Assembly (NCBI GenBank): GCA_024704765.1
Contig: JAKMXF010000304.1
Coordinates: 1-60,685, forward strand
DNA length: 60,685 bases
Reading direction: 5' to 3'
DNA from: Oopsacas minuta
Lineage: Eukaryota; Animalia; Porifera
Made by a program: the position numbers and the translations under genes. This document shows, in pieces, positions 35,502 through 48,563 of the stretch. Position 1 is the first letter of the stretch, and each line of letters opens with the position of its first letter. The notes under the pieces are model-generated. The model worked only from the letters and a program-made list of their open reading frames with translations, made no database searches and was not told the DNA's origin.

Positions 35502-38048
35502 CTTTGTTCAATGTCATAAGTCGAAAAATAGAGTCTCAAATGTTAGTAGTGAGTACTAATATCATTATTCATAGCACAAGGCATTAATGTACATGAATAA
35601 TACAGAGAAAATGATATATAGAAACAGTCTAGATCATTTATGAAAAATTGAAAATCGAGAGGGATATGTTCAACAAACGTCAGATATTCACATATAACCG
35701 GACATATCTCAGAAATGGTTTGTTAGAAGTTCGTAATGTTTTGGGAATTTGTCGCAAATAAAGAATAGAGGTAATATGCATATTCACAAGCCAGATATTG
35801 GGTCTAGTTAACAATTCTAAGATTTTTAAGCCGAAATGATTCTGATATAAACAGGTCAAAATTTCAAATTCCAAAAAACATTCCAGATGTCAGTAGATAA
35901 CAATTTCTTACACAACAAACATTGTATTACATAACCCATACGCTCTTTTGCGTTGATAATTTTTTCGTAAAGATTTTACACGCGTGTTTTGTATTGACTA
36001 TAATCTTTGTCAACACACAAGAAACCTCTTGAATTTTATATCTGTATTAGTCATTATTGCATCCCAAGAAATGGAATTTATGGACATCTTCGAGGTTGAA
36101 ACTACCAGTGCTATTGGACCCAAATTACTCAGGGTCAAAACATTTGGCCGCGCCTGGAAGATTATTTTTGTTAATATGATATCACAGTTGTGTTAGCAGA
36201 TATTGTTGTATAAAAGACCCAACAAAAAATTGTTTTAGCACTTTTTTAGTTGTATTTACAGCAAAAAACTGATTTTGTTGTAATTTGTAGAATCTAAATT
36301 ATCGTTAACGGTTTATCCTTAAGATCCGTTGCATTTAAATTAATTCACGGATTAACGAATAACCAAGTTATCCCTAAATATTTAACAAAATGAACATTTC
36401 AAGATAATTATCCGTACATAGAGCTTAAACGAATAGGTTACAATCCCCAGTATCGGCAATTATATATAATAATGGGAAAAAGTAGCTGTGCTGAAAGGGC
36501 CAAGTGGTGTCAGTATCTCGTAATGACGGTGATGTGATTTGTAATTACATAATTCAGTTGGTCTAAAATGAAATTAAGCCCAATTTTCATTGTATTAATG
36601 TAATTATCAGTTTCAATTTATTCTTCATCATCAATTTTATTCACTAGAGTAATTGCGCACTTTATGTCTTTATCGCATTTTTACCTGGCCGACTATACTT
36701 TAGTATAGTGTGAGAACTGTTCAAACTTTTGTCAGGCCTCTAGCAAAAAATAATGAAAGGAATGGTTCCAAAATTTCACACCTTTCGAGAGTGAAATTCT
36801 ACAACTTCTTACTATCCTATAATTTTGTTGGTTATAGATTTTTGCTCAGAGTAAATGAAATTTATTCATCATATAGCACTATTGTATCGGTAATAAGTCT
36901 ATTGTTCTTAGATGTTAAATATTTATTAGTTAAACAATACGTACTTCTAGTGCTATATAATATGGATTCATTGGATATCAAATTTAACGATGAATGAAAT
37001 ATTTTTCAAATTAACCACGGATAATTTAAAAGATATGTATATCCTCTAATATAACCTTTAATATTCGTAGAAGATTGTTTCATACAGCAAAAGGGGGTAA
37101 TTCAATACGCTGATTCCCAATTTGACACTTGAATTTATACCGATCAGATCTTCTACAGTATTCCCTTCTATCAATATTATTTAGTCGACTGATAATTATT
37201 GCAAAAATTGAACATTATATGGGCTGGATAATTATAGTAAATTTGTACATATATTGTTTGATGGAATTGATATCCTTCGCTCCGCTCAGAGAATATCAAA
37301 TTACAACCTGTGCCGACAGCTATGTCTATTAATTAAATGTTTAAAAATGGCACTATTAATTGGAGGCACTATGTGTAATAAGATTAAACCTAACCTCTCA
37401 TGGTGCCTCCAATTATTAGTGCCACTTTTAAAACATTTATTAATGGATGAAGCTGTCGGCACAGGCTGTAATTGTACATGTGTTTCTAACAGCCCTGGCG
37501 GAAGCTCGAGAAAGGTGGGCCGGCCTTGAATTGTGATCATCACAGAGTAAATTAAATTAATTTGAGGGGATTAAGAACTCCTTAAATATACATTACGAGG
37601 CAACTCCCATAGAGATTACATTTCTTCTCAATGTAAATCAAAGTTGAGCATAAGTTATGGCAGTTAAACTAAGTAATCAACTAGATATATCTAATTCTAT
37701 AATTTATATATTAAAACCCCAATTTTGTCTGTTTGTGGAATTGTTTGTTTGTTGTCAAGGAATGGATTTACGGTATTTAATTTTGAAATAGTCGCATAAT
37801 TATGTATTATTGTGTTTTTCAAGGAAAGTAAATAGAACTCTAATAAAACTTAACTAGATATATCAAACATGCTGAATCTGATTTTTACACTTTGGGATGA
37901 ATGATAGGTAAATTACTTTTGTTTTATAAAATCCAAGTATAAAGTAAAAATATTATCCAAATCTCGAATATACGTATAGGCTTGCTCAAAACGGCTACTA
38001 GGGATAATTAAATACGCTGAATCCGAATTTCGTATTTTCTTATATGTA

Positions 38049-39360
38049 CAGGGTGCGTTTTAAGTTCTGTCCCATCTTTATGTTTTATTGTATTATCTAT
38101 ATTCTAAGCATATCCTTAATACTACTATGTTGATTCTTTTACTATATTGTTTAGCTAGCACCTATACCTATTATACAATACACCATTCTCACGTATTAGT
38201 ATTTTCATTTGATGGAACACGAAAGGTCAGCTATTATTGAGTTAGCTAAAAATGGCAAGACTCAGAAAGAAATTTTGAAGTTGCTCAATATTCCCGCTAA
38301 TAGACGTAAGTTTGTCTATCGTACGATTCGGAGGTACAACGAGACTGGGGAAGTTTGTGACAAAGCAAGAAGTGGTCGTCCCCTTCAGTAACGACTCCAG
38401 CACTCCAAAAGTTGGTGCGGGAACGTATCCGTAGGAACCCACGGCGTTCTATGAGGAAAATGGCTCAGGAACTCAAAGTATCAGAGTCTTCAGTACGGAA
38501 AATTGTGAAAGTGAACTTAGGCATGCGTTCATTCAGAAGAAAGAGAGTTCACTTCCTAATTGAGCAAGTAAAGGTCAAGAGGCTTCAAAGATGTAAAGGA
38601 CAATTACGTAGGCACGTAAATCATGATATTAAAAAAATTGTATTCTCCGACGAAAAGATTTTCACCATTGAGGAAGCTTTGAACCCTCAAAACGACAGGA
38701 TTATATCACACAAGTCATCTACTATTGATCCAGATCTGAAGTACGTTCCTCGAGTCCAAAAACCACTTTCAGTAATGGTTTGGGCTGGAATATCGGCTGT
38801 TGGTCGGACGCCACTAATTTTTGTGCCAGCAGGCGTAAAATAAACTCCACAACTTATCGTGACTTAATTTTAGAGCCCATAGTGAAGAACCTTAGCCAAA
38901 CCATGTTTAATGGTGGGTCATTTGTATTTCAACAAGACGGAGCACCAGCTCACACATCAAATGTTACCCAAACCTGGCTTCAGAGCAATATTCCATGTTT
39001 TATTGAGAAAGAGCAATGGCCTCCATATAGCCCAGACCTGAACCCAATGGACTATTCGGTATGGTCCATTCTCGAAAGCAGAGTCTGTGCTAAATCTCAC
39101 AAGAGTATAGACTCTTTGAAGCGAAAATTGCGAGAAGAGTGGGAGAAAATACCCCAAGATGTACTCCGTGCTGCAGTTGAGGCCCTACCTGGCAGGATAT
39201 CAAGTGTCATTCATGACAAGGGAGGTTATATTGAGTAATCAGTGCGATTATGTAATTGTATTGATCATAGTAAACTGGTATAAAAGTTTAAATAGTAAAA
39301 GATCTATTGTAGTAAAGTTATGAGGATTTGACTATGGGACAGAACTTAAAACGCACCCTG
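38049..39360 (+). mobile_element. maT (DD37D) element, 1312 bp; transposase 38212-39238 with two frameshifts
   Basis: It has perfect 27-bp TIRs CAGGGTGCGTTTTAAGTTCTGTCCCAT and a TA TSD. Motifs are VFSDEKIF, VMVWAGIS and QQDGAPAH-x-SPDLNPMD (D37D). Confidence 0.95.
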
Positions 39361-39714
39361 TAAATTTATTGTTGTTATATGAATATGAAGTAAAATTTCA
39401 AAATTGAGGTAGAATCGTTCTTACAACGGCTTTACTAGGTAATCGAGCGTGCTGAGTCTGAATATGGGATTGTTAACAACATCCATAATACTAACTCTCA
39501 ATTGTTGTTTGTTTATTTGTGTGTCCGTTCATATGTAAATATATTGTTGTTTTTATGAGTATATAGGAAACAATTAGAATTATGTCAAAATTTAATTAGA
39601 TCCTTGTTTCAAACGGCTACAAAGAGGTTGACCTTACAAAATATTTCAATAATATAGGTGCAATATGCGTATATTTGTGAATTACATTGTCTTAAATATA
39701 TCTATACTATAGTG

Positions 39715-42101
39715 CAGTGGTTCTCAACCAAGGGGATATCCCCCCATTGGGGGGGATGGCAATACCGAAGAGGGGGGATACATATCCGGAGAGAACAATC
39801 TATACCTGGGGTGTGCGTAAATAATCTAGTCAGAGGAGGCTCCTCCTACCGCTACTTATTTAATATCTTTGTATTCAATTCCTCGCTCTTTTAAAGACCC
39901 ATTTGCATTATACGTCGATAAAATTAGTACTCAGATATAATTATTGTTAATACTTTGTAAGCCTTACAATGTAAGGGTTCGAAAAGATGGCATGCATCTG
40001 ACAAATATAAATTGCTTTTGTATGACAATAAATACTATGTATTCGATTGTGAATACGTTTTCGATGTGTGATTCCAATAATGTGAATAATATGGCATCCT
40101 ATTGATCGATACAATTTTCATTTTACAATCTACATAAATATGACTTAAAACTGTATCTACATTAGTTCATTTTCAATCCTATCATTGCAAGACTTTATTA
40201 TACAATCAGAAGATTATGTCCGAACCAAATGCAAAACGCAGAATTCGGCATTATGATCCCTCTTATCTGCAGTTTGGATTCATTTCTAGTCCTGACGAAT
40301 TAAACCTCTTTACTTGACCTGCCCCATGTATGCTTGGCGAATGATTCTATGAGGCCTCATCATTTAAAAGCGCATCAATTTTCAAAACATCCCACAGAGG
40401 TGGGGGGCCAATAGAGTACTTTTCGCAGAAAAAGAAAGTCTATTTCAATCAACAAAAATCTTTTTCTCTCTTCACTCAGTCTACCGATTTGAAATGTTGT
40501 ACTTTGGCATCCTATGAAGTATCTTTTCTAATCGCAAAGCTTGAAAAACTTCACACAGATGCAGAAACTCTAATCAAACCTTCACTGTTGGCTTGTGCAA
40601 ATCATGTTCTGGGAAGTGCGGCAGCTGAGAAACTAGACAAAATATCGTTATCTAGTGATACAGTAAAAAGGAGGATTAGTGAAATTTCACAGAATTTAGA
40701 AGATAAATTGGTTCGGCTTATAAAAAGGATATTCCTATCAGCATTCAATTAGATGGGTCAACATTTCGAGCAGAATCTACTCTTATTGTCTGTATGCGTT
40801 TCATCGATAACGACTGCATAAAGGAAGAATTGCTTTTCGTTGATTATTTTGAATGTCGTTGCACTGGACAAGATATCTTCAAGATGGCTAGATTCTATTT
40901 TGACTCACATCAGATTAGTTCAAACCCAGTTGTTAGTGTTAGTACAGATGGAGCTCGAAATATGACTGGTAGAGATGCTGGATTCTGGGGATGTTTTAAA
41001 AGGGAAGTCCCGCAGTTCAGTTTTATCCATTGTGTGCTTCATAAACAGGCGTTAGCTGCTAAAAATCTCCAGCCTGAACTTCATGAAACCTTGTCATCAA
41101 AGTTGTGAACTTTGTCAAATCAAGTCCTTTGAACGAACGTATACTAAGAAAACTGTGAAGATTCGGAAGCAGAACACGACGTCCTCCTTTTCCACACAGA
41201 AGTTCGCTGGCTTAGTAGAGGAAAGCTCTTGAACGAGTATATTCTATTATGATCAGTTATGCGAATTCCTAGTTCAAAACATTTCTTCAAGACAGAAGAG
41301 CTTTATCGATCTATTTCAAACTAAAATTAGCTTATCTCACTGAAATCTTCTCTTACTATAACCTGAGTAATCTTAGGTTGCAGGGAGATGGGACTTTTCT
41401 TCAAGCGGCTATAGAAAATGTGACTGCATTTCAAAATAAGTTGAAATTCTTTCGTTTACGTATACTGAGTAACCAATGGAACATGTTCCCACGTGTAGAA
41501 GCAATTTTTTCTCTTTCACCACATCTTGAAGTTAAATTTACTCCCCTTGTCGAAGAACATTTGATGAATCTAGTTACTGATTTTCCCAGTCGCTTTTCGG
41601 AAGTTCCATCAATCCCTAAATACCTGCTAACCCCGATGGATGTGTCACTAGAAGATATGATAGACTTTGACGACATGCTAGTTGATGAATTATTATATCA
41701 ACAGGCAAATGAGGGGGCAAAAGCTAAATATTCTTGTGTTTAAAAAACGAAATTCTGGTTTTTAGTGAAGGGGGTAGCACCAAATCTTTGCAAAACAGTT
41801 GGAAGATTGCTTCTGCTTCCATTTCCAACGACATATTTTTGTGAGAAAACATTTTCTTCAGCAAATTTTCTTAGGTCAAAACACCGCAGGCTACTTGACT
41901 TCAGGGAAGATTTAAGGATATCAGCATCAAATTATAGTCCAGATATTGAAATATTCGCATCTAATAAGCAATTACAAGGTTCGCATTAATTACTATTAAT
42001 TTGAATTAAAATAACTAATTTCAAATTATTTGGGGAGAGGGGGGCCAAAAGGGAGATCAAACTTCATGGGGGGGAAGGCCAAAAAAGGTTGAAAACCATT
42101 G
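39715..42101 (+). mobile_element. hAT (Charlie/Buster, ZBED-like) element, 2387 bp, decayed transposase about 40217-41989
   Basis: TIRs are CAGTGGTTCTCAACC and CAATGGTTTTCAACC (rc), with a perfect 8-bp TSD CTATAGTG. Motifs include [31 protein letters not shown] and PFPTTYFCEKTFS. Confidence 0.92.
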
Positions 42102-42769
42102 CTATAGTGCTCAAAGGAACAGTCAATTTGGAGAATAATGGATACCTCGTGGCGTAATGCGGGGAAATCATCCCGAAGTAAGTTACAACATATTGTAATT
42201 ATACTATAGAAGATCCTCGGCTTGAAATCGATGTCAAACATATTACTGAAATATGCAAAACTGAATTACATCAAAATATTTTCGCGAACTATGCACAGTT
42301 TCAATTCACGTATGTAATAGATCTTTGATACTGATATCGGGATTGAATATTATAAAGAATAAGGTTGAGTATTTATATTCTCTTCAATTTTAGTGTCATT
42401 TCGATGAACTTGTCTATAACGTCGGCACTGGCAAAAGTGGCTGCTATAGAAAGATTGATCGTTATACAGTTGTAATAACTTCATATTTCATTTCCAATTT
42501 CTTCAGAAAACATAGCAGAGACTTTGTCTCTGCATTTTCTAACAAGTGAATACGGACAGGAATAAGTGCGATTTTCTGACTTCAATAAAGGTGTTAAAAT
42601 ATCGTTTTTGGTGCAGAAATTGGTTAGAAAGAATTGGTAAACTGTTACTGTTCCTTTTCATTACGAACGTAAACCTTCAGCCGTATTCGGGTTATTAATG
42701 GCTGGACTATCACTTACTCCAAATATACATCATTACCCTTTGTGAAAATAGTCATATAAAGTCAGACAC

Positions 42770-43260
42770 CATATATATGTTTGTATGCTTAAAATTATTT
42801 GAAGAAGCTGTAAGACCCCCAGGCTGATTTTTGGCATAGAGGGGTATTTTGGGCGTGGCTCGTACGGGTTCATGTCTTGGACGAAAGTTCACACCTATGA
42901 CGGATTATAATACACTTTCATTTTTTAGGACTTTCGAAAATTCACATGGTTAGCTACTGCTCAACCAATATAATTGATCGAAAGTTGAAATTTGAATTAG
43001 AGGCACCCGACAAAATGCAAATGTCCTGACCTCAACACTTTGAAAAATTTCAAACTCATTATGAAACTATTACTTTGTCATATCTGTTGAAAATTCAAAA
43101 TTTTCAAAATTTCAAGAAAGTTAGGAATTTCTTAGTACACTAGGCCCGAAGTGTAGAGATTACTAAGCAAAGGACACTTAAAGTGCCAGTGTTCCAACAG
43201 AAGGCTATTTAATGGAATTTGAATGAACCATGGATAATATAAAATCAAAACTTCGGCAAA
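42770..43260 (+). repeat. Family A Helitron-like repeat
   Basis: It has the same conserved blocks as the other family A copies. Confidence 0.6.
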
Positions 43261-43879
43261 AATTCACCTCGAGACAACTTGTGTTGACTATATGTATATC
43301 TGTCGTGTAGCGACCCAAAAGCACTCACTATTGTAGCTGTTCCATACTTATGCCAATAACAGTGACAAAGCTTAAGGGGACATTAACAGGTTAAAGGGAC
43401 ATTGACAAGTTTACTCTCTAACCTGTCGATCTCTCTTGAACCTATTAATGCAATTTCCCTATGTGAATATAACAATAACTATCCAACCCTAGTCCAAAAC
43501 TTTGCCCCCGCCATTGCCTTATGTATAGAATGCTATGATTCAATTTATCAATTTTCTAAATGCTATTTTGCATCAACTTCAAATTCTTCATAATAACTAA
43601 ACTGCAGAGGTGTAGAGCACCTTGTCACTACTCCATAATATTATACTGTTTATAAATTATATTCCTCTTATTTTGTTATTTGTGTTGGTTTCAGTAATGT
43701 CAAGCCCTTCTAATGGCTGCTCGGTACTTCCGATTGTTCTTATTGACAATCTATATGTACTCAGGTCGTATCACTTTGCGACCTACTTCAGCCTATTCCA
43801 GTCACTGCGTACACCATACACTTACTAACTTTAGTAACCTAGTCGTACATGGAACATAATCACTCTAATTATGTGAGCC

Positions 43880-46190
43880 TTTCAGATTCGGTCTTTGGAA
43901 TACTCGCTCAGTGAATTATATAATCTTTGTGGCTGAATGTCGTACTTTAAATTCGCTTGGATGTTTATCATATGTGAGACATGGTTTAATTCTACCAATA
44001 ACACGTCCATTTATATGCTGCAGGATATGTGCCTGGCTTTCAATTGACTAACCTTCAGCGTGTTCAGCGAGGTGGAGGGTTTGCTGTTATCGCGGGATCT
44101 GGACTAAAGATTGTTAAAATACAGCCCAAAATTCTCTAATTTGAATACCCAGAGTCTAGGTTTTCAAATGGGGCCGCGTCGTTAGTCCAAATTCGTATAT
44201 ATGCATTAGTCCAAATTCCATATGTTGCGTTAGTCCAAATATCAAATTCGGCATTGGTCCAAATTTTTGGTGATGCTTTTGTTAGTCCAATATCAAAACC
44301 GTCATTAGTCCAATTTTCGGTGATATTTGCTTGAGTTGGATCTGTAGCAGGCTGTGAGCTTGTGAGTTGCTGAGAGTATTTAGAACTCACGTTGGAAGGT
44401 GCTAGAATTGGCTTTTGACAGGATTATCTAGCTAGATTGGCTTGAGCTGAGAAGATGAGCATTTTAGTAGACTATTTGGATAACTGGTGTGGTGTTTGAT
44501 TGGATTCGAGTTGGATCTGGAGCAGGCTGTGAGTTACTGAGAGCATTTAGATTCAAAACATCAAAGTAAATGACAAAATTTTCTCGCGACAAATTTTCTC
44601 CCTGAATGCATACATTCGATCACCAAAAATTTTTGACTAATGCTGATTCACTACTTGGACTAACGCAAACATCTGAAATTTGGACCAATGTATACATACG
44701 AATTTGGACTAATGTATGCGCCCTATTTGAATGAGTCCAGTAGACTTACATCTGTTAGTTGGGACGTTTTCTTTCGCCTAATCTCAACCTATCGCCCCCA
44801 TCTACGTGTAACAATGATACACCAATTAATCAGTGTATTTCAGATTGTCCTGTTTTAATTGAGCTGATATTCAATTCAAGTACTTATTGTTTTTGTTTGG
44901 GATTATATTTTTCACATTGAAATCCTACAACCCACCAAGAAAATTTTTAATTGAGATTCTAACAACATGACTGAACCCAACATGAGACAAGTTGTACGCC
45001 ATACCTTGGATTGGTTATTACAAGGGAGACGGACAGTGCCATGATATCATCAAGGTATTACCAGATTTTTGGTGTTGCACTTTCTGATCACTCATATTGT
45101 TTTACAAGTCTGTTTTCGCGCGCCCTAGGCGAACCAAAATTCCTATTTTTTCAAGAAATATCCGGTCGCTAAAATTCAATGAGCACTTATTGACCTCATT
45201 GAATACCCTTCTCTTGAACACTATATATTCTCGAATCCCAGACTTATCCCTAATCTTCCATTTTATCGAAGATAAACGAGAGGGCAGTACACATGTAATT
45301 AGATTCTCATCTAGCCTCTATTTCCCTATTTCATTCGATTCAGTCGGCATACCGTAAATTCCATTACACTGAAACTGCCCTAGTAATGTTGTTCAACTAT
45401 ATTATATGTTTGATAGACGCTGGTGGGAGAGTAGCCTTGGTGCTTTTGATACAATCGACCATTGCATTCTCATTGAAAGGTTAGAAAAGAGGTTTGGAGT
45501 AAAAGGAAAGTTCTTCCTGGATTGGAATCTTATTTATCCTTTAGGCAACATAAATCTAAGTACATTTCCTTTATTTCCAAATCCATGCCCGTACCAACAT
45601 CTGCACCTATCTGTATCTACTCTGACATTTAGAACCTGTAAATAGTATCAGAAGCTTGGGTTTGTCTTGGATTACAATCTGTTAGTTAATGTAATCTCAA
45701 ATAAATGAAGTTTGCAGTTCAGTGGCTTTATCCTTACTTAAGATTGAACAAATTGTTGAGTACTTGAATACAAAGTCTTCTCAGAAAATTATTCATGCTC
45801 TTATCTCTAGCAAACTGGATTACTATAATTCATTATTCTTGAGAATGCCAGATCGTGAGCTAAACAGGTCGTAAAGGATTCAAATTCTGCTGCTCGCTTG
45901 ATTTCAGGAATCAGAAAATATGATCGTATAATACCAGTATTGAAAAGCCTGCTCTGGTTGCCATTAAAGGCACGAATTCATTTCAATATTCATTGCTACA
46001 TATCCATACACTTTTGTTGTCCTGAATACCTGGGCACCTTACTCTAACCTGCCAACATGCTTATCTACTTAGGTTGTCTTTTCCTATTATGTTGAAACAA
46101 CTTAGATCTAGATTATGTTGTTATTGCCATCGTGCTTTCCAGGTGCTGCTCTAAGGCTATGGAACTCTCTTCTTATTGAGGTTAAGTATA
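43880..46190 (+). mobile_element. Decayed, internally deleted L2/CR1-type LINE (APE endonuclease and RT remnants)
   Basis: Endonuclease motifs are LWNTRSVN, ICETWF, QRGGGFAVI and TYRPP. RT motifs are AFDTIDH.ILIERLE..FGV.G and SKLDYYNS...NSAARLI.G.RKYD.I.PVLK.L.WLP. Confidence 0.75.
44170..44724. mobile_element. 555-bp MITE with arrays of TTAGTCCAA in its TIRs, inserted in the LINE endonuclease
   Basis: The ends GGGGCCGCG and AGGGCGCAT (rc) are flanked by AT. TTAGTCCAA repeats occur on the left and TTGGACTAA repeats on the right. An internal duplication GTTGGATCTG.AGCAGGCTGTGAG is present. Confidence 0.7.
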
Positions 46191-46233
46191 GTTATTCATT
46201 CCTGTATTAAAAATACACTTGAAAATATACGTA

Positions 46234-47086
46234 CAGTCAGGGGACAAAAGTATTCGAACACACAAATATATTGTCATAAATTGTATACTCTTTCCCGCTC
46301 CTATATATTGTGTAGTCTATAATCGTAGCTGCTATCTAGTAATTTGCATAGAATAACAAAAAATATTTTCGATTTACCTTTTTGAAGGTGTTAATTATTA
46401 ATAATTATTAGATAATTATTGATAATCAAAATATGTGGTAATTCAAAGCCTATTAAGAATCTATAATTTCTGACTTGATATTTGAATTCTACTTAGGCGA
46501 GTTACCCCAGATTGAAATTTCCAATCGGATTGAACAATTTTTACCAGAGTTATAGAAGAATTTCAATTTGTCCCACTTGTGCCACTACAAGGAAATCAAC
46601 TAGGGTTGGGAGGAATAAGTCGAAGTAATATTTTCGAATGATATGACTATGCTAACCCTTGAATTCCAAAATAACCTCTTGGTAGCGGCCACTTGTGCCA
46701 ACTTGGGCAAAAGGTGGCACCAATGGCACAAATTGAACTTCATCTATAACTCTGGGAAAAATTGTTCAATCGGATTGGAAATTTCAATCTAGGGTAACTC
46801 GCCTACGTAGAATTCAAATATCAAGTCAGAAATTATAGATTCTTAATAGGCTTTGAATTACCACATATTTTGAATATCAATAATTATCTAATAATTATTA
46901 ATAATTAACACCTTCAAAAAGTGTAAATCGAAAATATTTTTTGAAATTCTTGAAAAACATATGTTATTCTATGCAAATTACTATATAGCAGCTACGAATA
47001 TAGACTACACAATATATAGGAGCGGGAAAGAGTATACAATTTATGACAATATATTTGTGTGTTCGAATACTTTTGTCCCCTGACTG
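46234..47086. mobile_element. 853-bp Tc1-type foldback MITE with ~360-bp inverted arms
   Basis: The termini are TA|CAGTCAGGGGACAAAAGTATTCGAAC and its reverse complement followed by TA. The arms align over most of the element's length. Confidence 0.92.
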
Positions 47087-47287
47087 TATATGTACGAACA
47101 GTATATTGATAACACTAAATGATAGCAAGAGAGTTTATTAGACTGAATTTGTATTTGTGAAACTGTATTGGACTGTATGTGTATATTTCTTTGAACTGTA
47201 AAAGCTTTGGGAGATTAATGTGTGGGAAGCGTTCCAAGAATTTTTTTAAATATTATTATTATTATTATTATTTATCTTATTTATAGA

Positions 47288-47624
47288 ATGCTTCTAAAAT
47301 GCATAATTTGCTTGCTTCTCATATATTTGCCCAATTCTGTTGCAATTTTGCGTGGACCCAGAACCCTGGTATTGCTAGAAAATGAATACCAAATGTTTTC
47401 TCATTCAATCTTCTTTTCCCAGCTTGAGGAACGTAAGTTTGTTCTTTCATATCGTCTAGCTGATGATTCTTCTCTCTCACTCTCTTTATTTGGCGAATAT
47501 CTATACGATAACCTATTGATTATGGCACCATCGACTGAAGAGTTTGGGGGCGAATTATCTGCCCAATCTATTGTCGATTTTATTGATAGCGGACGTAATG
47601 CTTTTATTTGTATCAATTCTAAAG
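47288..47624 (+). CDS. DDOST: Oligosaccharyltransferase 48 kDa subunit (OST48/WBP1), exon 1
   Basis: A signal peptide is followed by RTLVLLEN, HSIFFSQLEER, LSLFGEYLYDNLLIMAPSTEEFGG and IVDFIDSG. A GT donor is at 47625. Confidence 0.93.
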
Positions 47625-47975
47625 GTACTATTTTTGCATGTCTTGAGTCTGAATTTACTTTCTAGATCTGCACTTAGTTTCTTTTCGAGTTCCTTACAGC
47701 TTTACCCTATTCCTGGAAAGAGCGCCAGGGCGCCCATTATTTTTGTGTAGATCTATGATTCCGGCACCTCCGTTATTTTCGAATAGTCTTAAAATGTGAT
47801 AGCGAATCATTCTGAAATTTATTCATAAAATCATGGTAAATTAGCCAAACTCCTTCGAAATGAGTGAGAAAATGAAAAAGTTATACCAAAAATACCGCCA
47901 TAAGCGAAACTTTATGGGGCAAATTGCAGATTGAATTTCGAAGACAATACTATCGCTATATTCCTTTAGTTACAT

Positions 47976-48423
47976 CAGCATTTCTCAACCTTTTTCTGTC
48001 GGTCGCCCCCTCGATGACCGGGCCATCCCTCACATCCCCCTCGTCCCATGCCGTTTGTATATTAATTCTATTACCAAATACTAAGGCATTATATCTAAAT
48101 TTTTCATTTGTATAAGTTTAGTGTGAAGGTTGGGCCTGGTGCCCGGTTACAAGATTTTTCAGATCGGGACTGATTTTGGTCAAGAAGAGCCGAAGGTCAC
48201 CACGTTTGGTTATCTCCAGCCTATTCCTCTTCTTTTTGAGAAGTCCAACAATGGCTGAGAAACCCTCTCACGAGTACGATGTTGGAAAAGCCATCAGTCG
48301 GATATTTCAGCTTCAACTTGTGCAGAATGAAACATTGTTCGTCGCCCCTCAGTCGTGTTATCGCTCCCCTCGGGTCTCATTTCGCCTCCACGGGGGCGAT
48401 ATCGCACACGTTGAAAAACACTA
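47976..48423. mobile_element. 448-bp non-autonomous hAT (Charlie-type) MITE
   Basis: Termini are CAGCATTTCTCAAC and TAGTGTTTTTCAAC (rc), with a perfect 8-bp TSD AGTTACAT. Confidence 0.85.
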
Positions 48424-48563
48424 AGTTACATCAATTGAATCATATGGTAATTAATTTTTTAGAACAGTCTATTCAATGTTGCTGAAATACTAAACAAAGC
48501 AATTTCAGAGGCTACGAATTATTTTGTTGCTACCATTATACGTCCTTTAGAATAAATTAAAAA

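Larger units (their letters stand above)
24285..35986 (-). mobile_element. Long-TIR (~550 bp) Chapaev-type DNA transposon (core about 3.5 kb) with nested insertions in both arms
   Basis: 24285-24835 aligns as an inverted repeat with 35502-35986 plus about 32915-32984. Termini are (T/C)ACG(G/C)GTG and the flanks are T-rich (CTTT/TTTT). A decayed transposase lies between the arms. Confidence 0.8.

Noticed and set aside
24285-35986. Polinton/Maverick or endogenous virus suggested by the long inverted repeats around an integrase
   Set aside because: There is no protein-primed polymerase, capsid or ATPase. The integrase belongs to a separate Ginger2 element with its own TIRs and TSD.
44136-44390. 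ORF with repeated WTN motifs
   Set aside because: It is a translation artefact of the TTAGTCCAA array in the MITE arm.
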